Positions 1 to 8,137 of a DNA stretch of 54,088 bases are shown here, piece by piece. Below the pieces are notes generated by a model. The model was not told the origin of the DNA, did not search any database, and was given only the letters and a program-made list of their open reading frames with translations. Position 1 is the first letter of the stretch, and each line of letters opens with the position of its first letter. A program made the position numbers and the translations under genes. This DNA is from Minisyncoccota bacterium (GTDB taxonomy: Bacteria; Patescibacteriota; Minisyncoccia; Phycocordibacterales; UBA9973): contig JAGOSA010000001.1 of assembly GCA_018062505.1 (NCBI GenBank), positions 35,434-89,521 of the forward strand. The letters run 5' to 3'.

Positions 1-500
1 TCTGCAAAATGCGAATAGATACCCTCGCAGTTTATCTTGCCTTCATCTTGATATGCTTTCGCAAGAGCAATAAAAGATTCCTTTCTTTCCCAATTGACGC
101 CGACACGCCCCATGCCAGTGTCGATCTTGAGGTGAACAGTGGGAACGATGCCGACCTTCTTCCCTGCTTCAGCAATCATGGTGAGCTTGTCGATCGAAGC
201 TGCGGTAATCGTCAGATTGTTTTGGATAGCATCTTCAATTTCATCTTTGTCGATTGAGCCAAGCAAAAGAATTGGCAAAGTAATATTGTTTTCGCGAAGC
301 AGTTTGCCTTCTGTAACCAGCGCAACAGCAAAATAGTCAGCAGTCGAAGACAAAGCTTCAGCAACTTTCACCATGCCATGGCCGTATGCGTCAGCTTTGA
401 TAACAGCACAAACAGCGACGCTGTCGCCGCAGTTTTCTTTAATGATGCCAGTATTGTTTTTGATTGTGCCGAGAGAAACTGAAGCGTAGGTGTTTCGCAT
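1..500 (-). CDS. alr: alanine racemase, N-terminal part (gene continues beyond window start)
   Basis: Absent from the ORF track because it runs off the window edge. Reverse translation from the ATG (complement of 498-500) gives MRNTYASVSLGTIKNN...AVIKADAYGHGMVKVAEAL...HLKIDTGMGRVG...YSHFA. The KADAYGHG PLP-lysine motif is typical of alanine racemase. Confidence 0.85.
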   Translation of the reverse strand, partial: MRNTYASVSLGTIKNNTGIIKENCGDSVAVCAVIKADAYGHGMVKVAEALSSTADYFAVALVTEGKLLRENNITLPILLLGSIDKDEIEDAIQNNLTITAASIDKLTMIAEAGKKVGIVPTVHLKIDTGMGRVGVNWERKESFIALAKAYQDEGKINCEGIYSHFA

Positions 501-548
501 TTTTTTACTATAGCATGGCAACAAAGCGCGCTTTGGCGCGGGTTCTAT

Positions 549-1151
549 TTGGCATATACTATATATATGAATACATTTACCCCACGAACTTTCTCCATTC
601 CGGAGCTCAAAGGCATATCGCACAAGACGATTGGCGAACATATTAAGCTATACGAAGGCTATGTTGCCAATGCAAACACAGTCCTTGCTAAAGTCGAAGA
701 AATGGCAAAAGACGCTGAAGCAAATACATACGCTATCAACGAAGTCATGCGCCGCTTTTCATTTGAATGGAACGGCATGAAAAATCATGAAAAATACTTC
801 GCACTCTTTGAAGGCGGAGCAACTCCCCTCGCCGTCGGCAGCCCACTAGAAGAAGCAATCAAAAATACTTGGGGCGCATTTGATGCATTTTTGGCAAAAT
901 TTAAAGCACTCGCTCTGACTCGCGGCATCGGCTGGGCAATGCTTTCAAGAGACCGCGAAGGAAAGCTCTTCATGCATTGGGTAGATGAGCAGCACCTCGG
1001 CCAGCTCCAAGACACAACTCCAGTTGTCGCGCTCGACATGTGGGAGCATTCATTCGTCGCCGACTACCAGCCATCTGGCAAAAAGCAGTACGTTGAAGAT
1101 TTCTTCGCGAATATTAACTGGAAAGTTGCTGAGCAATTTTTCACTGAGTAA
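549..1151 (+). CDS. Fe/Mn-family superoxide dismutase
   Basis: Ligand-bearing motifs occur in family order: IGEHIKLY, MKNHEKYFALF (NH..F) and ALDMWEHSFVADYQ (D.WEH). An alternative ATG at 567 gives MNTFTPRTF. The metal type cannot be decided by eye. Confidence 0.8.
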   Translation: MAYTIYMNTFTPRTFSIPELKGISHKTIGEHIKLYEGYVANANTVLAKVEEMAKDAEANTYAINEVMRRFSFEWNGMKNHEKYFALFEGGATPLAVGSPLEEAIKNTWGAFDAFLAKFKALALTRGIGWAMLSRDREGKLFMHWVDEQHLGQLQDTTPVVALDMWEHSFVADYQPSGKKQYVEDFFANINWKVAEQFFTE

Positions 1152-1176
1152 ACGACCCAAAACCAAAAAAAGAAAG

Positions 1177-1206
1177 CCCGCTCCAAATGGAACGGGTCTT
1201 TTTTTG
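1177..1206. terminator. rho-independent terminator between convergent genes
   Basis: The stem CCCGCTCC/GGAACGGG has one mismatch and an AAAT loop. A T-run (tctttttttgttttt) follows. Confidence 0.55.
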
Positions 1207-1236
1207 TTTTTGTTGTTTTGTGTTTTTCGTACTTTT

Positions 1237-1707
1237 TTAGATTAAGATCAGCTTGTCTTCAGACGGTGCTCTGTCGGGATATATGCAAACACCCTCGCCA
1301 TAATCAGTGGCATTTTTCCAGCGCTTAATACAAAGCGGAAAATCCTGAACGTACTCTGGACCAGCGACAATAACTAACGCAGTAAAGACGGCATTTTTCT
1401 GGAAATTCTCTACTTTGGATCTAAGCCAACGAAAATCAGGACCTCCTGCTGCATCAAATGCCAATCTCTCTTCAACCTCAAATCCGTGAGGAGAAAATGC
1501 TTCCTTAATTTTACTAGCTGTCTGTATTGCACACGATGAAGGCGACGAAATCATACCCACGACATCATCCGGAGAAATAAACCCTTTCATTTTTTCTAGC
1601 AAGGCTCTCACCTGCCCGTATCCTTGTTCTGAAAGGCCCATATCTTCCTTTTTTGCTCCATCATTATCAATTGGTTCGGCTGACCTCAGCAATATAACTT
1701 TCTTCAT
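1237..1707 (-). CDS. hypothetical protein, possibly a histidine-phosphatase (SixA/PGAM)-like fold with substituted catalytic residues
   Basis: The layout MKKVILLRSAEP...LSEQGYGQVRAL...ISSPSSCAIQTA...LVIVAGPEYV mirrors the RHG / SP..RA.QT / H.P positions of the family. The His residues are replaced. Confidence 0.3.
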   Translation of the reverse strand: MKKVILLRSAEPIDNDGAKKEDMGLSEQGYGQVRALLEKMKGFISPDDVVGMISSPSSCAIQTASKIKEAFSPHGFEVEERLAFDAAGGPDFRWLRSKVENFQKNAVFTALVIVAGPEYVQDFPLCIKRWKNATDYGEGVCIYPDRAPSEDKLILI

Positions 1708-1826
1708 ACTATTTTGTTTTTAGGGATTCAAGTAAAAATAGCACAGCGGCACTTTATGTCAATCAAGCAGCAATATACATTGGAATAGAAAAGACAGCAC
1801 CGTAGTGCTGCCATTTGTCTAGAAAT

Positions 1827-2282
1827 TCATTTCCATACAATACATAAGTATTGCCCAGGATTTTTGACAACTGCTGTGTCGAACAAAAGCTCATCTTTGC
1901 TGATCTTCTTGTCATACATGTTGTCTTCGTTTAACTTGATGACTTCAACATTAAAAAGATTTTCAATCAAGAGTTCATAGAGATAGTATCCAACATTGCC
2001 GAGATCTGTTTTCGTTCGCCTTTTTGATTGCCTCTGCAAATCATGCTGAGAATCGAGCCAATAAACGGGATAGAAACTAACGGCCTTTTTCGCGGCAGCT
2101 TTGATTTTTTCTTCAACAATGTACTCGACATATATCTTCATCGCATCTGCTTTGTACCCGTCTTCAATCCTCTTTTCCTCGGCTTCAATATGCTTTATTT
2201 TTTTCTCGCGCTCGATCTGAGCTTGGCTGCTGATATTCCTCAGCTCCTTGAGAAGCTTTTCTGTTTTATCTTTCGTATGCAT
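1827..2282 (-). CDS. hypothetical protein
   Basis: A 151-aa ORF with a K/E-rich helical N-terminus. No recognisable motif was seen. Confidence 0.4.
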   Translation of the reverse strand: MHTKDKTEKLLKELRNISSQAQIEREKKIKHIEAEEKRIEDGYKADAMKIYVEYIVEEKIKAAAKKAVSFYPVYWLDSQHDLQRQSKRRTKTDLGNVGYYLYELLIENLFNVEVIKLNEDNMYDKKISKDELLFDTAVVKNPGQYLCIVWK

Positions 2283-2338
2283 GGCGGTTTATTTAGTTTT
2301 GGTGAGATTATAGTATGAACTTTTCTTCACACAGAATA

Positions 2339-3865
2339 TCACTTGCCGCCAACAGTGTCGATTGCTGGATTTGTATTTTCATTTTTTTTCGATTTCTTAT
2401 TTCTCCATTCGAACGGATCAAATCTGTACAGCAAGAAAATGTACATCAAAGCCATTGCCCAAAATGGCGTGACAAGCGGCACGGCGGCGAGCGGAATTTT
2501 TGTCGAAATGTGAATAATGAATAAGATTGTGGCTGCAATCCATTCCACAATGAGCGCAAACGGCATTGCGAGCGGCAAATAGATAATGCCAACAATTGCC
2601 ACGACTGCCGCAAAAGCCATGAGGTATGGCATAAATGGCAAGACAGCAATGTTGGTAATCGGACTAATAATCGACAGCACGCCAGTCTTATACAAGATGT
2701 ATGGCAGAACAAACATTTGCGTGCCAATTGTTCCGGCGGCGATTTCTCGCCACGGAAGCCCGAACTTTTTCTCCGGCAGCCATGTGAACCAGTGCGCTAC
2801 TGTCGGCGCAAAATAAATAATGCCGACGGTCGCCAGAAACGAAAGCTGCGACGAAACATCATAATAAAGCGTGTACGGATTGATCGCTGTCATCACAAAA
2901 GCCGCAAGCATGAGCACGAGGCCGATGTTGGCTTGCCGACCTTTGGCTTTTGCAAAAAGAACAATGCAGCCCATAATCCCCGCTCGCACTGCGCTCGACT
3001 GCAAACCTGTCATGACAACAAAAAGAACAATCGCAAGTCCTCCCATAGCAAGTGCACCAGAGAGCGGCAGAAATGAAAATAAATCTTTAAAGAAATTTGC
3101 GACAATACTAACGTTGTATCCTGAAAGCGCAATGATATGTGTCGTGCCAGTCGTAATAAATTCGTCGCGATTTTCTTTGGTAATTTGCTTGTCGCCAAGC
3201 AGAACACCGCTCGACAGGCTGCCATTCATCCCCGGAAGCAATGTCTTGAGCACATTCTCCAAATTATTTTCGAATCGCAAAAGCGTGCGCAAAATCGGAT
3301 TGCCTTTGTTTTTTTCTGTCACAGCAATATTTGTAGCTTTGACGATACCGAGGATGCCGTCTTTTTTGAGGAAATTCGGATAGTCGAACATGCCGCCAGT
3401 CGATGTCTCAAACGACTCAGGCTTTTCGAGCTTCCCTTTCACGACAACCATATCGCCATATGAATACTCGCGGCCTTCACTTTCGCGTACTTGGAATTTT
3501 ATTTTTTCTTTATTATTTTTTATCTCTCCCTTAACAATGAATTGGTTACCATTAGTTCCGGCTTCAGACGAAGCCACGACCATGCCGGCAAGATTAATGT
3601 TTTGATCAAACGGAAGAGAAGCAATTTTCTGATTTACTTTGCTTTCTGTATACGCAAAACGAAACATTGCGAGCGCTGCAAATAGTAAAAAAATAATGTA
3701 AGCACTTTTAGTGTGTCCCTTTCTCCTGTCCGGCCAAATAAAAATGCCGACTGCTATTGCAATCGGCATCATGTATATAAAACTATTTCGGAAGAGACTT
3801 GCTATGAGCATTCCGGCGAGCCAACCGGCAATGCCTTCCTTTACGCGATTTTTCCTGCTGTCCAC
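2339..3865 (-). CDS. comEC: ComEC/Rec2-family DNA internalisation channel protein (no beta-lactamase domain)
   Basis: Polytopic membrane protein with an OB-like insert (GDMVVVKGKLEKPE). The competence-domain signature TTGTTHIIALSGYNVSIV is present. An alternative start lies at 3811; the listed start overlaps the rnhA end by 25 nt. Confidence 0.8.
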   Translation of the reverse strand: MDSRKNRVKEGIAGWLAGMLIASLFRNSFIYMMPIAIAVGIFIWPDRRKGHTKSAYIIFLLFAALAMFRFAYTESKVNQKIASLPFDQNINLAGMVVASSEAGTNGNQFIVKGEIKNNKEKIKFQVRESEGREYSYGDMVVVKGKLEKPESFETSTGGMFDYPNFLKKDGILGIVKATNIAVTEKNKGNPILRTLLRFENNLENVLKTLLPGMNGSLSSGVLLGDKQITKENRDEFITTGTTHIIALSGYNVSIVANFFKDLFSFLPLSGALAMGGLAIVLFVVMTGLQSSAVRAGIMGCIVLFAKAKGRQANIGLVLMLAAFVMTAINPYTLYYDVSSQLSFLATVGIIYFAPTVAHWFTWLPEKKFGLPWREIAAGTIGTQMFVLPYILYKTGVLSIISPITNIAVLPFMPYLMAFAAVVAIVGIIYLPLAMPFALIVEWIAATILFIIHISTKIPLAAVPLVTPFWAMALMYIFLLYRFDPFEWRNKKSKKNENTNPAIDTVGGK

Positions 3866-4650
3866 TCGAGGATTATATTCGCTTCCTCTTGTTCTGACAA
3901 TGCTTTCTTAAATTTCGCGCCGCTCTTGCCTTTGACTCGCGCTTCGCAGTCCGCCCATGTGCGATGCGTTTCTATCATGCCGCCGACTTGCGAGACATAT
4001 GAATACGCGGGCGCTGCGCTTCGGATTTTCTTTTCGCGATTTACATTTTTGCGCTGCTCTGCTTGTTGCGCATTCATTTCTGTTGCCAAGCTGCGGTCGC
4101 CGACAGAGTCACCAAGCAAGCGCTCATAGTCTTTGCTGCCGCCAACATAAAGCAAAATCCGTTCACCGTCCGCAAAAGCAGTCGCAATCAAATCTGCGCG
4201 CTCATTGCCAAGAACGCCAGAGTGTCCAGAAACTTTCGTAAACATGAGTTCGCACTTTGATTTGAAATACCAGACGAGCTGATACATTGGCTCCCATAAA
4301 TCGCGGTTCGCCACAGGCTGCCCGTCCGCTGTCTGCCAATTATTCTTGAACCAGCCATAGACCCATTTCGTAATGCCGTTGAGCGCATAGGCCGAATCAG
4401 AATTGATTTCGACAACAGTTGCCGTGCCGAGATGATCGCGCATGTATTCGAGCGCTTTCAAAATACCGGTGAGCTCCATGCGATTGTTTGTCGTATGCCC
4501 TTCTGCGCCGCCGAGCTCAATGATGCGGCCGTTCGGAAATTGCATCGTCGCTGCCCAGCCGCCGGGACCAGGATTGCCGCGCGAAGCGCCATCTGTATAG
4601 ATTGTGATTTTTTTCTCGTTTTTATCGTCCGAAGGAGTAGTGCCGGTCAT
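3841..4650 (-). CDS. rnhA: ribonuclease HI with C-terminal RNase H1/viroplasmin-type hybrid-binding domain
   Basis: RNase H core motifs are IYTDGASRGNPGPGGWAA, NNRMELTGILKALE, INSDSAY and GHSGVLGNERADLIA. The C-terminal YSYVSQVGGMIETHRTWADCEARVKGKSGAKFKKALSEQEEA matches the HBD consensus (Y.V..G...G....W.EC...V.G..GA.FKKF). Confidence 0.9.
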   Translation of the reverse strand: MTGTTPSDDKNEKKITIYTDGASRGNPGPGGWAATMQFPNGRIIELGGAEGHTTNNRMELTGILKALEYMRDHLGTATVVEINSDSAYALNGITKWVYGWFKNNWQTADGQPVANRDLWEPMYQLVWYFKSKCELMFTKVSGHSGVLGNERADLIATAFADGERILLYVGGSKDYERLLGDSVGDRSLATEMNAQQAEQRKNVNREKKIRSAAPAYSYVSQVGGMIETHRTWADCEARVKGKSGAKFKKALSEQEEANIILEWTAGKIA

Positions 4651-4697
4651 GGGAGCATTCTATACAAAATAAGGACTTTTGGGAATAAATAAGCTAT

Positions 4698-4726
4698 TTG
4701 ACTATTACATAAATATATGATATAAT
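4698..4726 (+). promoter_or_regulatory. sigma70-like promoter for the 4765 gene
   Basis: TTGACT (4698-4703), a 17-nt spacer, then TATAAT (4721-4726). It lies 38 nt upstream of the ATG. Confidence 0.55.
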
Positions 4727-4764
4727 ACAGACAACATCTAACCTTCATTCCAAACCACATATAT

Positions 4765-5175
4765 ATGATACACAACGAAGACCCCTCATTCTACTTGATG
4801 CTATTCTTCATACTCATTTTTGGCTGGTTTACGATTCGCGTCGTACTTCCAAAAATTGATTTGCTGGCTGATACGCTCTTGCTAACTATTACCCGCATTA
4901 CGCTTCCTCGGTTTGTAAAAAAACTAATTGGAATCGCAAAGCCTCAAGCGTGCTGCTCGAATTGTTCAGCGCAGTGCGACATAGACCGATTAGCCGCTAT
5001 TCCATTCTTGAAAAATGATAGCGGGAAGTTATCAATCGGCCTTAGTGTTTGCAGGGCATGCGTCGAGGCCAACAACTTGCAAGTTGGATTGATTGAGAGA
5101 AATCTTAGCCGCAAATGGGCAAAATCTGATATTGACGATGCATTACTTGCAATAGTGAAATTAGGATTAGCTTAA
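4765..5175 (+). CDS. hypothetical membrane-anchored Cys-rich protein
   Basis: One N-terminal TM helix (FYLMLFFILIFGWFTIRVVL). Cys clusters CCSNCSAQC and CRAC are present. Confidence 0.4.
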   Translation: MIHNEDPSFYLMLFFILIFGWFTIRVVLPKIDLLADTLLLTITRITLPRFVKKLIGIAKPQACCSNCSAQCDIDRLAAIPFLKNDSGKLSIGLSVCRACVEANNLQVGLIERNLSRKWAKSDIDDALLAIVKLGLA

Positions 5176-5193
5176 TAATCCAAAAATAGTGTA

Positions 5194-5229
5194 GACGGGA
5201 TCGATTCACTTCGATCCCGTCTTTTTTTT
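5194..5229 (+). terminator. rho-independent terminator
   Basis: Perfect 11-bp stem GACGGGATCGA/TCGATCCCGTC with a 6-nt loop, followed by T8. Confidence 0.8.
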
Positions 5230-5279
5230 ACCTGATGTAATTTTACATATATAACAAAGCGTGGTATAAACAACCACAT

Positions 5280-6116
5280 ATGAAAACATTTTCAATCAGA
5301 GAAGCATTTCGGTTCGGCTGGAAGGAATTCAAAAAGGCTCCATGGGTCTACATCGGTGTTGCTGTTGTGATCGGATTTATCAACTCCCTCGGCCGCGTCG
5401 AGAATCTCGGGATTGTCGCTAGTGTTGTCGGCATCGCAGCATCGCTCGGCGTCATCAAAATAACGCTCAATGCTGTCGACGGCAAAAAACCTGAGATGAA
5501 CGATATTTTTTCTCAGTGGAATTTGTTCTGGAAATATTTGGGTATGACGATTGTTATGCTTCTCATGTTACTCATTCCGTTTATTGTCATCGGTATAATT
5601 GTCATGTCGCTGACTATGCCGATTATTACGCTTATCTCGCCTGGCCTTACTCCATCGCCATGGCTATTCGTCATCCTTGCAGCAATGATCGTTATTGTCT
5701 TCATGATTATACTTCGCTACATGTTTGCTCCGTACCTTGTTGTCGATAAGAACATGAAGATCATGGAATCATTCAAGAAGAGTAGCGCAATGACAAAAGG
5801 CTACCGCTGGAAGCTCTTGGGCATGATGTTTTTCGGTCTGCTCATCAACCTCCTTGGCGTAATTGCTCTCGTTGTCGGCGTTCTCATCACAATGATGGTT
5901 ACCTACATTGCTCAGGCATACGTTTATCGAAAGCTTTTGGAAAAGCACAATTCTGTAGCGCACGCTGCTCATACACACACACATGAACACACTCACACCA
6001 ACGGCGAGCACTCACACTCTCACGAACATGCTCACACCCATGAGCACAATCACAGCCACCACAAAGCAGAAGAAAAAACAGAAGAAGAAACAAAACCTGA
6101 AACTCCTGCAAACTAA
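5280..6116 (+). CDS. multi-pass membrane protein (DUF975-like layout) with His-rich C-terminal tail
   Basis: About 5 TM helices. The N-terminus FSIREAFRFGWKEFKKAPWVYIG is typical of this membrane family. The tail reads HAAHTHTHEHTHTNGEHSHSHEHAHTHEHNHSHH. Confidence 0.55.
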   Translation: MKTFSIREAFRFGWKEFKKAPWVYIGVAVVIGFINSLGRVENLGIVASVVGIAASLGVIKITLNAVDGKKPEMNDIFSQWNLFWKYLGMTIVMLLMLLIPFIVIGIIVMSLTMPIITLISPGLTPSPWLFVILAAMIVIVFMIILRYMFAPYLVVDKNMKIMESFKKSSAMTKGYRWKLLGMMFFGLLINLLGVIALVVGVLITMMVTYIAQAYVYRKLLEKHNSVAHAAHTHTHEHTHTNGEHSHSHEHAHTHEHNHSHHKAEEKTEEETKPETPAN

Positions 6117-6132
6117 ATTTCTCGATTTATTA

Positions 6133-6158
6133 AAAATCCCGCACATGCGGGGTTTTTT
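6133..6158 (+). terminator. rho-independent terminator
   Basis: aaaaatCCCGCAcaTGCGGGgtttttt: a GC stem followed by a T-run. Confidence 0.7.
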
Positions 6159-6239
6159 ATTATCTATTGACAAGTCAATTTATTCAGGTATAGTAGCAAC
6201 AATAAATCAAATTCAAAACTTCATATAAAACTAGATACG

Positions 6240-6785
6240 ATGAATCGAACTGAAAACTTTGACCTACAATTCTTGGCTATCGACACTGAGGTGCTCAATA
6301 GAATCATTAAGGCGGCCAACAACCTAGTGGGCAATCCGGATCCTAGTCGAAAAGGCGGATACTTAGCGCTTTACGGCATAAACGAAAAAATTTCTGCTGC
6401 AGCACCAGCTGGAGAATTTCCTGAAGACATGCGATTCAGATTTTTAACAAATGCATCTGAGAAGCTTACTCGATGCCTTAAATTCAAACTTATCCGTTCG
6501 TTTGAAAGTAGGAATGTCGAAAATGGCCAATACGGCGGCGGCATTGTCCTCAAGCATTTCGCAATCGCATTCTCTGGATATGACGAAAAGATCGATGAGG
6601 CAATTGCACTAGTATATGGCTTATATCACACGATGTTCTACTCAAAACATGAATCCGACGAAAGACCGACTGATTCAGCAATGTATTTCCCAATGTTAAT
6701 GGAACAAGTCATCGCTTGGCAAAAATTGTATGCCCCTGAAAATCAGTTTTGCATACCTCTTGCTAAAGCTATGTTTGAAGGATAG
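6240..6785 (+). CDS. hypothetical protein (weak GlcG/DUF336-like GGG...SG...DE pattern)
   Basis: 181-aa ORF. YGGGIVLKHFAIAFSGYDEKIDEAIA resembles the GGG..(x)..GVSG...DE core of DUF336. The match is weak. Confidence 0.3.
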   Translation: MNRTENFDLQFLAIDTEVLNRIIKAANNLVGNPDPSRKGGYLALYGINEKISAAAPAGEFPEDMRFRFLTNASEKLTRCLKFKLIRSFESRNVENGQYGGGIVLKHFAIAFSGYDEKIDEAIALVYGLYHTMFYSKHESDERPTDSAMYFPMLMEQVIAWQKLYAPENQFCIPLAKAMFEG

Positions 6786-6810
6786 CAGTATGTAAAAGCG
6801 AACTAAATTA

Positions 6811-6840
6811 AAAAAGGCTGAACAATTGTTCAGCCTTTTT
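6811..6840. terminator. bidirectional terminator between convergent genes
   Basis: Perfect palindrome AAAAAGGCTGAACA-at-TGTTCAGCCTTTTT. Confidence 0.75.
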
Positions 6841-6871
6841 CTTTTTCAGATTATCCAATTTCAGTCACGAG

Positions 6872-7057
6872 TTACTTTGCCGGATGTCTTTCCAAAAAGT
6901 CTGCAATCATAGCTTCCTGCTTATCTTTGAAATCTGGAGATCCATGCTCTTCAAGATAGCGGCGCAAAAATCCAACCTCAGCGCGAAGCGCCATGACTAC
7001 TCCCCTTTCTTCGCCAAAGCGCTCGCTCAACTCCTGCACAAATTCTGGGTATGTCAT
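6872..7057 (-). CDS. small hypothetical protein (61 aa)
   Basis: Helical acidic/basic ORF with no motif. Its position before the terminator supports expression. Confidence 0.35.
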   Translation of the reverse strand: MTYPEFVQELSERFGEERGVVMALRAEVGFLRRYLEEHGSPDFKDKQEAMIADFLERHPAK

Positions 7058-7091
7058 ACATATTTTTTATTAATTATTAATTATTTTCAAT

Positions 7092-7547
7092 CTATCGCTC
7101 GGCAACTTCCTTCAATTTCTCTAAAGCTTTTGGCCACATAGTCTCGAACATTTCCTTAAACTGAGAACTAGTATCCATTTCGATAAGAACTTCCGTGCCG
7201 CCATCACGCTCGGTAAAAGTGTAGTTCTCGAAAACTTCTGCGTTTTCTGGATAGCCCATTCCGGATGCTGAACCCATTTTCTTCTCGCCATTAACCAATT
7301 CGCCCATGTGCTGCAGCGAAATAAAGTCATACGGGCGATTAGCTTTGACGATTGCGTACATGCCAGACTGGCCATCGTCCATACTCGAATTAAAGAGCAT
7401 CTCGCTGCCTTCGCTCCAATCGCCTTTATATGTTGAGCCTTCTTGAAAAGCCGAAGTCCACTCATCGTATGTCGGCTTATTGAGCATCGTTTCGAAAACG
7501 TGCTGCTTTGGTGCGTTGATAAAAATGTTGAATGTAAGTTTTTCCAT
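7092..7547 (-). CDS. SRPBCC/AHSA1-like (START fold) protein
   Basis: The N-terminus LTFNIFINAPKQHVFETMLNKPTYDEWTSAF and the overall 150-aa size match the Aha1/SRPBCC family pattern. Confidence 0.6.
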   Translation of the reverse strand: MEKLTFNIFINAPKQHVFETMLNKPTYDEWTSAFQEGSTYKGDWSEGSEMLFNSSMDDGQSGMYAIVKANRPYDFISLQHMGELVNGEKKMGSASGMGYPENAEVFENYTFTERDGGTEVLIEMDTSSQFKEMFETMWPKALEKLKEVAER

Positions 7548-7584
7548 ACGTTTTATGAATTACTTTTATACGAAGAATACATTA

Positions 7585-8097
7585 TTAGTTAATGCTAAAT
7601 GTGTCACTCCTCCCTGTTACCTGAGCAGCGCCATTTGCGCTGTAGATACTGAAGAAGTAGCCAGTGTGAATATTTTCCTGAGCTGCCCATGACGAATTTA
7701 CTTTCCAAATGTAGTAACCTTGGCGCGCCGGAATGAGCGACTGAGTTAACATACCCATATCTTTGCCGCCATTGCCGAGGCTAATGTGGACATTGTTGAC
7801 GTTGCAGCTAGTCCATTTGATTGTGACTTCTTCGCCGAGTGTGTACGACTGGCCCACAGTTGGGCTTGTGACAGTGATTCTGGCTGGGTCGTTCGGCAGA
7901 CAGTTCGGTCGGGCATTTGTCGTATTACCTGTCGGAGTTTGAGCTGTCGTTGAGTCAGCTGGTGTCTGATTGTCATCAGGCATATTTTGGCTCGATGTAT
8001 TAGTTTCAACTGGAGCCACTGCCTTCTTCTTAAATAAGATAAAACCGCCAATCAACAAAACGACAATGATAATGAGTACTGTATTGCGTGTTTTCAT
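7585..8097 (-). CDS. secreted/membrane-anchored protein with T/P/Q-rich linker and Ig-like C-terminal domain
   Basis: Start chosen at MKTRNTVLIIIVVLLIGGFILF (ATG complement at 8095-8097). The longer track ORF would overlap recJ. Confidence 0.5.
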   Translation of the reverse strand: MKTRNTVLIIIVVLLIGGFILFKKKAVAPVETNTSSQNMPDDNQTPADSTTAQTPTGNTTNARPNCLPNDPARITVTSPTVGQSYTLGEEVTIKWTSCNVNNVHISLGNGGKDMGMLTQSLIPARQGYYIWKVNSSWAAQENIHTGYFFSIYSANGAAQVTGRSDTFSIN

Positions 8098-8137
8098 ACT
8101 ATTAATAGTACTCCAACTGCCAGCTTTGTCGATTAGC

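Noticed and set aside
5955-6065. CA-rich low-complexity DNA resembling a microsatellite
   Set aside because: It is in frame and encodes the His/Thr/Glu tail of the 5280-6116 protein. It is not an independent repeat element.
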